Shown in pieces: positions 53,337 to 64,000 of a stretch of DNA of 64,000 nucleotides. The notes under the pieces are model-generated. The model was not told the DNA's origin, did not search any database, and saw only the letters and a program-made list of their open reading frames with translations. The DNA comes from Octopus vulgaris. Its lineage: Eukaryota. The stretch covers positions 152,768,001-152,832,000 of the forward strand of contig OX597814.1 in the NCBI GenBank assembly GCA_951406725.2, written 5' to 3'. The first letter of the stretch is position 1; every line of letters begins with the position of its first letter. Made by a program: the position numbers and the translations under genes.

Positions 53337-53640
53337 TTTGTTGTTTGTTCCTTCTCGAGCCACGCCTGGCTCATTAGGGCCGGTTTCCCGGTTTCCTTGG
53401 CATATAGGATTCCCCACCTGGACAGGGGCACCAGACCGTCGCAGGTGAGCTGCAAGATGCAGGAGGAAAGAGCGAGAGAAAGTTGTGGCGAAAGAGTCAG
53501 CAGAAATTCGCCATTACCTTCTGCCACATGGAACTTAGGTGTTTTGCTCATAAACACACACATCGCCCAGTCTGAGATTCGAACCCGTGATCCCTTGACC
53601 GCGAGTCCGCTGCTCTAAACACTAGGCCATGTGCCTCCAC
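53337..53640 (-). mobile_element. Family C SINE
   Basis: Homologous to 7737-8033; TSD ACTCTGCAATT at 53326-53336 and 53641-53651. Confidence 0.85.
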
Positions 53641-53943
53641 ACTCTGCAATTAGAAAAGCACCAAGATCATTCAAGAAGACCATTCACACAACACCTTGGT
53701 GCTAATTGGTTGATTAATAGACTGATCATGTGAAGCTATGGTGGTTTGCTCATGGTGTCTGACCAAGTATCTAATGATTAGGTTTCGAATCACCACTACA
53801 CAGGCATAAAAATCAGATTGGAGTTGTTTTTTGTAATCAGGGAACATCTGAGACATTGCTATGGTTTGACCTCATTGTGTGTTTCCTCAGACTGAATGCA
53901 CAATAAGGTTGAAACGCTGCAATATCTCAAAGTTTCCTTACAC

Positions 53944-54194
53944 TGGTGGTTCTCAACAATTTTCTGTTTTTGTCTATGGACCTCTTTGATTCCTATTTTA
54001 CTTGGACGGACTGCCATAGCCATTTGAGGTTTAAAATATCCTATTATATTTTTATAATTAGATATGATTAGAAATTGCATAAAAAATATTTGGTGTAATG
54101 TAGAAGGATGACCAATTTACTGCATATAAAATTTTAACAACAAAATCTTATATGGACCTCCAAGCGCCATATGGATCCTGGTTGAAAACCACTG
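53944..54194. mobile_element. hAT (Charlie-like) MITE
   Basis: TIRs (t)GGTGGTTCTCAAC / GTTGAAAACCACTG; 8-bp TSD CCTTACAC/CTTTAGAC. Confidence 0.7.
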
Positions 54195-55288
54195 CTTTAG
54201 ACAATGTGTGTTCATAACACATGCAATACACTGGTGTAAGGGAACTTTGAGATACTGCAGTGTTTCAACCTTATTGTGCATTCAATCCGTTGGAATAGCT
54301 TTCACTGAGGAAACACAATGAGGTCAAAACATAGCAATGTCTCAAATTTCCCTTACACTGGAGAACAACATGGTAAGAACACACTGCTGTAGGTGAAGAG
54401 AGGAGATGCTCTCTTATGCAAACAAAAGTACAAGAGACATTTACATTCGAATCTGTTACAATGTATTGAGAATGGATATATATGTGTGTGTGTGCCGTAC
54501 TGAAAAATATTTTTCAATATGGCAAAAAGCCACTTAATAACTATTTTAAGGCGATCTATGTAAACACATACCTACATACATAAATATACATACATATACA
54601 TAAACACAGAAACATATATATATACACACAAAATACATAAACATAAGCGATTCACCTGAAAAAAAATAAAGAAATAAAAATTTTTTACAGAAATTGCCGA
54701 ATACTTTCAGTTATGATATACTTTCTTCGAAAGATCGCCCTAATTTGAGTAATTACATAAATACAACATCGAAGAAAAGACTAAGACACGAGAATTAAAC
54801 AATAATATTCATGTACAAGACAAACTCTTTTTAAATGATGTTCGTAAATAACGATCACCAAGGGTTATGTAAACGACTGAAATCAGAGAAATATTCCATT
54901 TTAAACCATTCGTCTATTTTAGGTTTTATTTACTAATGTGTGTTTGTGTATGTTTATATTAGGTCCAGGAAGATTGAATCAAAATATTGTATCGATACAT
55001 CAATTACAGCGTATGCGAGTCTTCGTATGAATATCAATAAGAGACAGAGAATATCTGTGCGTACACACATGAATGTGTGCGTGTGTTCGCATATCAAAAC
55101 AGCAAACCTTTCTTTTTTAAAGGATTGGAACCAAGTCAAAAACCTAAGATAATTACGTGCAGGAGAGACTAGATAACACTTTATGCCTCTCTTTAAAGAC
55201 TGGATTTCGGAAAATAAAACGGATTTTACTTTTTAAAAACACGTTGTTATTTTAATCAAATATATAAATATTGAAATATGGTTCCTAC

Positions 55289-55642
55289 CTTGATACTTGT
55301 TTGTCGACCGTATGCAAGCAGAACTCTATAGACGGGGTCATAAGAGAAAAGACCATAAGCGAAAATGACAAACATGAAAAACTGTACGACGAAGCGGGCC
55401 CATTTCTTACGTTTAGCTTTTTTGATGCTATTTAGAAAAGGAGTGGTGGCTTCTTCAATTTGAAGTGGACTGTATCCAGATTTTAAACAAAAATCACGCA
55501 ATACACAGAATTCTTTCTCCACTAAAGCTAGTTTCTCTTCGATTGACAAAGATTTTTCTTCTGCTGTAGGTGAACATTCACGCTTCTTATCAGCCTTTTC
55601 GGCGTGCTTAGCGCTACTTTTATTTCCTCGTTTGGTTGACAT
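55289..55642 (-). CDS. C6orf89: C6orf89/BRAP-like gene, exon 1 (type II membrane protein N-terminus)
   Basis: ATG at 55642 (aaaATG), MSTKRG...KKWARFVVQFFMFVIFAYGLF (basic patch plus TM segment)...RQTSIK|gtagga. The seven exons splice to an uninterrupted 370-aa ORF. Confidence 0.85.
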
Positions 55643-57924
55643 TTTGTAAGTGACGAATTGCTTTCCAAACAAACAATTATCAATTATAAAATGCTAATAT
55701 TGACAAGGTAGGTAACTCTCAATTGGCAAATTCTCCAGAAAAACAAAAATAAATTGAATTTATTTTAGAGAAGTTTTATCGGTAGATTAGAAAGATAAAT
55801 ACAATTTTAATTTCTTTTCCAAATATAGTGCTGTGTAGATATACGAAGTGATCGTGAAAATATAAAGTGTTCTGAGGAAATCCGAAGCCTTGTTTCAGAG
55901 AAATAGTTGTTTCAAATGTTGGCACAAGGCCAGCAATTTTAGTGGGTCGGGATATACGGTTACATCGAGCTCGGTACTTGATTGATACTTTACACAGTTG
56001 GAAAAATGTTTATCAATCCTTACGCACGACAGTCTTGAATGAATAACATTCATGTTCCCATACAGAACAGATACAAGATAAAGTAATGATTTTTATCATT
56101 GGCAGAAGGCTGTAGTTCAGTGGTTCACAACTGGGGGTCCATAAAAAAATTGTGGCGGGAGAGCAAGCAAAATAGTAAATTAGGATCATCATCATCATCG
56201 TCGTCATCGTCATCATCATCATTTGGCGTCCGTTTTCTAAGCTGGCATGGGCTAGACAGTTTGAATGTAACCGATATGCCAGAGAGCTGTACCAGGTTCC
56301 AGTTTGATTTTGACTTGATTTCTGGTTCCTAAAGCCAAACATTCCAAGAGTTTAATGGGTGCCATTTACGTGTCACTGTCAAAGATGCCTTTTGTATGTC
56401 ACTAGCCCTGTCCATGGGTCCATGAAAAAATTTTGTATTTAATTCAAGAAACAACTAAGTTTCTTCATCCCACGTCCTACATAGTTCAACATGTTTTCTG
56501 CCACTGAAAAATGTTCTCTCAGAGAGTTGTATTGCAAACCTACACAAAGAAATGAATGAAAAACAAAACAGGAATTTTGAAAGAAGTGACTATAAAACTA
56601 GTTTTTAAGCATCGAATGTCTGTGAGGGCCCACTGCTGTAGATTCTATTATACATTAGTTCTTGATTTGTATTCATTTTATCAACCACTGTAGTTTAAAA
56701 TAGAAGTCAACCTCAGCAGAATTACAATTCAGAACATGAATGAAAGCAACTGGATATGGCAAGATATTCCAAATGATGCTTAACTAGTTTTCTTACCTAT
56801 CTACAAGCTTTGGGTCATCCTCGTGAAGGTTAAACCAGCACAGATTTTCAAAAATTTTTAGAATGCCTTGAAAAATTAATATAGCAGAATGGTGAAATAG
56901 TTTATTTTCAACCAGATATCAATACTAGGACAATTTTTTCCAGCTCTAAACTATTTCGAAGATATAAAAAATATTTGTGTTGGAAATGTCGCATCCATTT
57001 TTTTCAGACACATCTCACTAGGGAAATGATAAGTGTGACCACAAATATTGTTATCCAGCAAACTCATTAGCATTTTTCGAAATTTCAAGGTGAATGTGAA
57101 CAAATACTAAAAGGCTTTTTCATATTGCTCTGGGGAATTTCAGAGAATTAACAGTTAATATTTTCAGGTGAAAAAATTTATGTGATATGTGATGTCATGT
57201 ACATCACACATTTTGTATCCTCTTCAAAGTATTCACTATATATTCCAGGTAAAAATATTTTTGTATAATACTTGCCTGGTTAGTCAAACTTTACTGTGAA
57301 AAATGAATAAATACGATTCTTCCGAAAGTTCAATATTTATAGCTAAGATATTCCATATTTTGTATCTCTATCTGTAATGGACCTCTTTAGACATCATGGC
57401 ATAATAAAATATATTGGAATAAAATAACTGTAACATCAATGTTATAATTTCTTCCTCTTATGGAAAGTTTTTTTTATTCAAAAGAATATGTGGAATAGAA
57501 ATAATTATGTGTATGGTACGGAAACTTACAAGATTCTTACACAGACACAAGCGCTCAAATACTGGAGCTAAAATTCAATTGATTAAATTGAATATCAACA
57601 TGACTGGTACTCTTGATTTCTAACACTGGCCATACAGTATGGAACGGTTACAACCAATTAAATGAAACTCAGTTCCTGAGTGATAGTTTATTTTATCAAC
57701 CCTAATACTTGAGCAGTAATTCATTTTATCAATATCAGAAAGATGAAAAGCAGAGTTGACCTCAGCTGGATTTCAACCCAGAACATACGTGGGAATAACT
57801 AAACATTGTAAGGTATTTTGCTCCATGTGTTAATCGTTTTTCCAACCCACTCCCATTTTAATAATCATTATTTCTTTTATGGTGAAGGTGCATGGCTCAG
57901 TGGTTAGAGTGTCGGGCTCAAAAT

Positions 57925-58278
57925 CTGAGCATCTGTGGTGATTATTGCCCCTGTGCATCTGCCGCACACGAAAGCTATCTTCTCGGTTAATTTTCCTTTG
58001 ATGTTGCTGCACCTTTTATGCGTCCATAGCTTACACTGGGTACATCTTATGGAGTTTCTACCTACACATTTTCTATAGATTGAGCAGGGCCACCTACGAA
58101 AGCTATCTTCTCTGTTAATTTTCCTTTGATGTTGCTGCACCTTTTATGCGTTCATAGCTTGCACTGGGTACATCTTATGGAGTTTCTACCTACATATTTT
58201 CTATAGATTGAGCAGGGCCACCTACCTGAGGGGGTGTACGATGAGTTCGTTTTCTTACTTACTAAAACTTTGGTCTTT
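57925..58278 (-). pseudogene. RTE LINE fragment with a Cys-rich (PHD-like) finger, internally tandem-duplicated
   Basis: KTKVLV...WPCSI..K.VGRNSIRCTQCKLWTHKRCS..KGKL...FVCGRC; the ~128-bp block is repeated (about 57968-58095 and 58096-58226). Confidence 0.7.
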
Positions 58279-58279
58279 T

Positions 58280-58830
58280 AAAATTTTCCATTCCAAAGAA
58301 ATAAGTTTGTTAGAGTCTCTAAGATGCCAGATTAGTTTACTAAGTCCAGTGGAGTTACGCTTTTGATTGTATTTGAAGGTAGAAAAATGGTTAGCCAGAC
58401 TGAATTTCAAAAACGTAGGGGATAGACCTATATAAAAAAAAATTCCTTGTTACCAGGGGTAACTTTGCATTGGTATACGGCATTTTTAATTCAGCAGTTT
58501 CTGTTTAGGACACAAGTTTTATTAGGGGCACAACTGTAAATGCTGGTTACATTGATGTTATCATTTAAGGAGAGATTATCGTTAATTTTATTTTTTGTAT
58601 TAATAAGATTACTAGAATTATTAGGAGAGAAACTGTAACATCTTAGGATATGACTGTTAAGTGAAGATATAATTTGTGAGACTCTGATACAGTGTATGCT
58701 GTAAACCGAGTGGTATCTTGAATTAATAGGAAAGTTTCTTTCTATAGGAGAAGGTTACTTTTTACTTGTTTACCATATGAAATAACCAACCATATGTTTT
58801 TGTTAGGATTGTGTGATTGTTTGCGAGATT
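58280..58830 (-). pseudogene. Penelope-like GIY-YIG endonuclease remnant
   Basis: VYQCKVT...FYIGLSPTFLKFSLANHFSTFKYNQKRNSTGLSKLIWHLRDSNKLISLEWKI; upstream NIWLVISY...FPINSRYH. Confidence 0.75.
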
Positions 58831-60863
58831 TATTATTTAAATGCCTAGTGTTATTATTGTAGCTTAAAAAGGAAGAGGTTACTTCCCTTCGACTGTTTAT
58901 TTTCAAGATTACGAAGGTAAGGAGAATGGTTACTTTGATTGAAATTTGGTATTGTTTGGAATATTGAACAATCGTAGGAGCAAGATAAATACTCTTGTTG
59001 TTATTGTGTCTGTTACTGTTATTAATGTTATTACTACTGTATGTATGTATGAGTGCGTGCTTGCATGTGTGTGCATGCATATATGTGCGTGTGTGTTCAA
59101 TTTCTCTTTTTAATTTAATATAAATTTTGACCAGCACCTGCTTGGTAACAAAGTCTTGAAGGAAAGCATCTTGTTTTGAACATCATCCTTTAAATCTTAG
59201 GAAGGTCTCGCAGGTTTTTATAGTCTCAGATTTCGTGATCATTAGTAGTGTATGGTTTCAGGATTTGCTTCCTCTCTCCAAGAACCCAAGTTCAGCCAGA
59301 TTTTACTCCAGATGGGTTGGTATGTATCCTGTTACTCCAATAATAATAAGGATGATTCTGAAAGTGTATCTTGGGTACTGGATTTTCAAACTCCTCATCA
59401 ATGGTCAATAGACGTCCTCTTTCTTTTGTATTTTCCAAACCATATTGGTGCCCAGAGGGAATAAGCAAGAGAGAGGGAGATAAAAGGAGAGAGCAAGGGG
59501 CAAAGAAAATATAGTTTGAAAGAATGCGTGTAGTACTAACCATGAGAAGCAACAGTGAAGGGAGGATCGTTGTTGTTAACTCACCTTTTGCAGCTTGGAC
59601 CAATGTTTGATAATGAACATTTGCTCATACAAACAAGATGTAAAAGTTACAAATTTGGCATTTAGGTATGAGTGAGTTCTTAAGTATCTGTCTCTTCTGA
59701 AGGCTGTTTTGAAATAAAAACATGAAATAAAGTTTAAAGCTTGTTCGTTATTTATGGCATGGCTTCAACAAATCAAGCAAAGCTAAAATAGATTCTTATA
59801 CACTGCCAGTTATTACATCATCATCATCATCGTTTAACGTCCGCTTTCCATGCTAGCATGGATTGGATGGTTCAACTGGGGTCTGGGAAGCCAGAAGGCT
59901 GCACCAGGCCCAGTCTGATCTGGCAATGTTTCTACGGCTGGATGCCCTTCCTAACACCAGCCACTCCGTGAGTGCAGTGGGTGCTTTTTATGTGCCACCG
60001 GCGATAATTTTCCATACACTGATTTCATTTACTTGTGTCATGCTCATTCATATAAACTGTTCACTGTTTTTAAATGTGCAAAAGCTCCAATGCGTTATTA
60101 ATACAAAGGTGAATTCCAGTCTTTGATGTACACCTGACATCTTTCACGGCATGGCAAGATGGATTTCAATATCTTGGTGTGCCAGCATAGAAAAGTTTGT
60201 CTACTTTATTGTAAAGTGATCTTTGATTCCATTTATTTAAATTTATAATTTCTTTAACGTGATTTAATAAACATCTCTCAAAATAAACTAAACTACTGTC
60301 TGTTCTGATCTTTACTAATTGACAAATCATTAAAAGAACCAATTTTTTTTTTTTTTCTCAGTTTAACCTTGCTTCCTAAAATCTTAGACATCTCAGCACC
60401 ATTGTAACTAAGAATAGATAAACTTGGTTTTCAGAGGAATAATTCACTCTTTTACCAGTTATGAAAATTGACGAATGTTTGGGAATATCAACTTGTGGAA
60501 TCAAGTGCTTTAAAACCCGAGTATCTAACAATTGCAACCCTTTATCCAAATTTCAAGTGGATGCCATCCATTTCCAGTATCTACCTACTCTGTTAAAGAC
60601 ATATGAGTGTTACATCCAATAGCCTGTAGGCACATAAAAAAAGAAAGAAAGAAACAGGGTAAGTAGGCATAAATACAGAATGGTACCCCAACCCCAACTT
60701 TGCTAGTTCATAACTTCCATAAAAATGCAGTTTTTAATGAAGTTTTACAGAGATATATTTTCTAGTGTGTATATTATGATTATGCTGGTATAACAGATTT
60801 TTTTTTTCTGATCAATCTTCCTTACTGACTTTGTTACTACCAATTTTGATAACTTAAGCATTA

Positions 60864-61046
60864 CAGTTCTATATTTAAGAGATGAGGAATTATGTACATT
60901 ATTTACATTTAACGGATATTTGTCCTCATCTTGTTTGTTGTTAACAAAACGTTCCAGCTGATATACCCTCCAGCCTTCATCAGGTGTATTGGGGAAATTT
61001 CGAACCTGGGTTCTCATTCCTAAGGTATTTTTTGATGTTGTTGTTG

Positions 61047-61078
<32 letters not shown>

Positions 61079-61115
61079 CGGGTCACTGCCTGGAATCGAA
61101 CTCGGAATCTTTGGG
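60864..61115 (-). mobile_element. Short retroelement: partial tRNA-like head, (AAT)n(AAC)n linker and hammerhead-motif module
   Basis: B-box GAGTTCGATTCC (61103-61092); HHR-like ACAC-CTGATGA-A-GGCTG...CAGCT-GGAA-CG-TT-TTGT (60987-60944). Confidence 0.6.
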
Positions 61116-61940
61116 CAGCATGTGCAGCATCAGTACCACGCAAGCACAAAAAAACCACCCAATAGTGCAATTTGGGAGACTGCAGCAGTCCGACTTGCCA
61201 GGAAAGAACGCCGTAATGTTGAACAGGAATACAAATTGCATAAATCAGAGAGCAACAGGAAAAAGCGCAATAGGTCAGCCAACCACCTCAAGCAGGTGAC
61301 AAAAAAGGCAGTGCTTGAATTTGAACAACGCATTGCAGCTAACCCTGACATCAAAGTGTTCTGGAAGTATGTGCACTCAAAGCAGAGACCCCACTCTCCA
61401 GTTGGTCCCCTTTGCAATCCCCACACAGGACAGATTACTGGCAATCCCGAAGAATGTGCAGAAATCATTGCTGGATGCTATGCCGGCATCTTTACTGTCG
61501 AAGACCAAAATGTTCCATCTTCATCACCACTGACATCGGACTCTATATCTACTATGCAATTTACACCAGCAATGCTGCAACGCCACCTTAAGAATAAATG
61601 CAATTATGCTTCTCCTGGTCTCGATGGTGTTACATACCTACTTCTCAAACGCGGTGGGTACTTTCTTCTAAGCCAACTTTTTCTATTCTTCCAATTCTGT
61701 CTTGACAATGGTGTTACTCCAGAACAGTGGAAAACTGCTAGTGTCATCCCTCTGTTCAAAAAAGGCGACCGCACATCGCCTGTCAACTATCGCCCCATCA
61801 GTCTTACTAGCTGCATCGCCAAACTGATGGAATCCTGTATCAGAGAGACCCTCTGGAACTTCTGGAAGTCTCACAGTCTCATCCAGCCGTCACAATTCGG
61901 ATTTATTGTAATCAACTCATCGAGTTTCTTGAGGACGTTA
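61116..61940 (+). pseudogene. CR1/Jockey-group LINE ORF2 fragment (linker plus RT N-terminus)
   Basis: FWKYV...SPGLDG...PEQWKTASVIPLFKKGDR...NYRPISLTSCIAKLME...QFGF; open for about 265 codons but truncated at both ends. Confidence 0.85.
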
Positions 61941-62787
61941 CTGCTAGTAATACATAACAGAGAGTTCGCTGAAGCAACGTAAACATCTCTTCTCACACAT
62001 ATACATACTCAGAGAAATATTGTTTGACAATAAAAGCACACAACAGCTTCTTTGCTTTTTCTTTCCTTGTATTCTCCATTCACATGTTTCGTCGAACCTC
62101 TATGTTTTCAACAATAAAATTTACGATTTTAAATAGATAAATAGAGAAATAAAACAGGATGGTTTCTTCAAAAACCGATTTTTTTTTCCCCGAAGAGTGA
62201 TTCCTTATTTAAGATATATAGAGGTTAGGGTTCTTATCAATTTCTCTTTTTCAAAATTTCCATCATAAACCAAAAGAATTCCCCATATGTTTGTATGTGT
62301 GTCTCGATACATAGATACAATACATGGCTCTTTCTTCAGTGTTGCTTTCTGGAGTCCCTGAATGTTTTGGAATTTAGAACATGTATGTATGTATGTATGT
62401 ATGTGCATATATGTAAATCGTATGTCCTTCTCAAGCCATAAGCTCGTAAGACCAGTTTCCAAGATTCTGTGACACATTCCCGCTGGACGAGACAACCGTC
62501 TGTCGCAGTAGACATACATACATCCTTTGCACGCGTGCATACTTATGTTGATACTATAGGCATGAAGTGAGTATGCGCGTATATGCATAGGTACGCAAAT
62601 GTGTATATTTACTGTGAAGTAGTAAGCAACAAACTTTAACTGTGCCTACTATGTTTACCCTCAAAGGCTACAACTTTCTCCTATTTCCCTCTCTTTCTTA
62701 ACTCCACCCAATCCTCACTCTTAAATATTTGCCTCTTCCCTTCCTTTTTCTTATTCTTGACCATTTCATTTATCCTTTTATTCTATA

Positions 62788-63293
62788 CTAGCAGTATCAC
62801 CCGGCGTTGCTCGGGTTTGTAAGGGAAATAACTATATAAGCATTTTTAGAGAGTTACTTCCCTTATAGATGCCAATTCGGGCTTTCTTAGCCATTTCTGT
62901 TTTGGTGTCTTCAAGCCATGAAGTCGTTGTTCTAAAAGAACGCTGGTCTCTTTGACAACGCATTACGACGTTGATTTCCTTACACTCCCTTCCCCACAGC
63001 TTCACGAGGGAGGGAAGAAGGGGGAGAAGCAAACACAGGTGCAGGTGTTTGAGCGTGGACGCCAACTCCGCCGCCATCGACACACGAAAAATTATGCATT
63101 AAAATGGAATAAAAAATGATGTTAAATTATTTTTAAAATCGTAGACGCGCGCTAATAGCCAGACGGGCTCGATATTAATCACGACTATAAGATACCCGAA
63201 TTTGGTTAAACTGCACCGCAAAATGTGGGAGGAGTTAGGAATCTAAATCGAAGCGGACAGACACTCACACAACTAGAGTTTTATATATATAGA
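62788..63293 (-). mobile_element. Non-autonomous Helitron immediately upstream of the PECR-like gene
   Basis: A|TC...CCCGAGCAACGCCGGG...CTAG|T on the minus strand; closely similar to 22451-23086. Confidence 0.9.
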
Positions 63294-63400
63294 TATAATT
63301 AAGCAACCACCAGCCAAAACATAATTTAAAGTTGCACTGAAAAGTGTTAGGAGTTATCTGTCCCTTTACTTATTGTCGTATTAAAGTTCTAAATATCCGA

Positions 63401-63512
63401 ATGGCACCAAACAGTATATTCCGGCCAAACCTTTTCAAACATAAAGTAGCAATTGTTACCGGTGGTGCTACTGGACTAGGTTTAGCAATCACAACGGAAC
63501 TATTGCATTTAG
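63401..63512 (+). CDS. PECR: First coding exon of a peroxisomal trans-2-enoyl-CoA reductase-like SDR
   Basis: MAPNSIFRPNLFKHKVAIVTGGATGLGLAITTELLHL(G) with the TGxxxGxG Rossmann motif (VAIVTGGATG, as in PECR); phase-1 donor G|GTATGG. Confidence 0.8.
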
Positions 63513-63744
63513 GTATGGATTTTAGAGAGGTGTTTTCACATTGGGTTTTATTATTGTCAGTACGGTGTTATGAGTAATTTCTTGCTGTTTTTTACCTTCT
63601 AGTTTTTATCCCCCTCCCTTTTTTTATTGATTTCAGTCATTGGAACGTGATTACGCTGGAGCGTTACCTTCAAATTATTTATTTAGTATTTTATTCAGTA
63701 TTTGACCTTGGCATAGTTTCGGTTATTGTGTGCGAAGAGACAGA

Positions 63745-64000
63745 CATACATATACACATACACCGAGTACATACATACATACACACACACACATACATAG
63801 ATACATACACACACACACATACATACATACACACACATACTTACACACACACACACACACACATAGATACATACACACACATACATGCAGACATACATAT
63901 ACACATACACCGAGTAAAAAATTACACTGAATCGACCATACATACATACACACATACATACATACACACACACATACATAGATACATACACACACACACA
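63745..64000. repeat. Compound (CA)n/(CATA)n microsatellite with a repeated block
   Basis: Direct inspection; cagacatacatatacacatacaccgagta occurs twice. Confidence 0.9.

Noticed and set aside
55643-55672. Upstream TTG start of the 138-aa ORF
   Set aside because: An artefact of the prokaryotic-style ORF caller; the ATG at 55642 has a good context and the ORF tail past 55289 is intron.
56800-57560. Possible coding remnant between the divergent genes
   Set aside because: Multiple stops in the frames I examined and no recognisable motif.
60984-61982. 332-aa ORF as a secreted host protein with a poly-Leu signal peptide
   Set aside because: The Leu run is a (TTG/TTA)n microsatellite of the adjacent element, read in frame with a truncated CR1 RT fragment.
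63695-63997. His/Thr- or Cys/Val-rich ORFs (also 5564-5971, 12826-13215, 21714-22141)
   Set aside because: These are translations of (CA)n/(TA)n microsatellites.

Overview
AT-rich, repeat-saturated animal genomic DNA. The SINE, RTE, Penelope and Helitron repertoire and the dense microsatellites point to a cephalopod, probably Octopus (inference from recalled repeat families). Three host genes were reconstructed by hand from splice sites. (1) A complete 7-exon minus-strand gene (55642->38736, 370 aa, all intron phases consistent) resembling C6orf89/BRAP. (2) The 74-bp first coding exon of an ABCC4/MRP4-like transporter on the minus strand (16957-16884); I found no exon 2, so intron 1 probably runs off the left edge. 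(3) The first coding exon of a PECR-like SDR on the plus strand (63401-63512). The rest is mostly transposon debris: Ty3/Gypsy; CR1, RTE/BovB, R4/Dong, CRE and HERO LINEs; Penelope-like elements; Helitrons; Chapaev3; Tc1/mariner; hAT and piggyBac-like MITEs; and several tRNA-derived SINE families. The most unusual signal is a set of different small elements carrying hammerhead-ribozyme (HHR) motifs: a tRNA-head/HHR fusion, a palindromic double-HHR unit, and a Penelope inverted repeat that places a variant HHR and its antisense copy in the same intron. A three-level tandem array grown from a LINE 3' end is also notable. Family assignments come from motif recognition only; no database searches were run.
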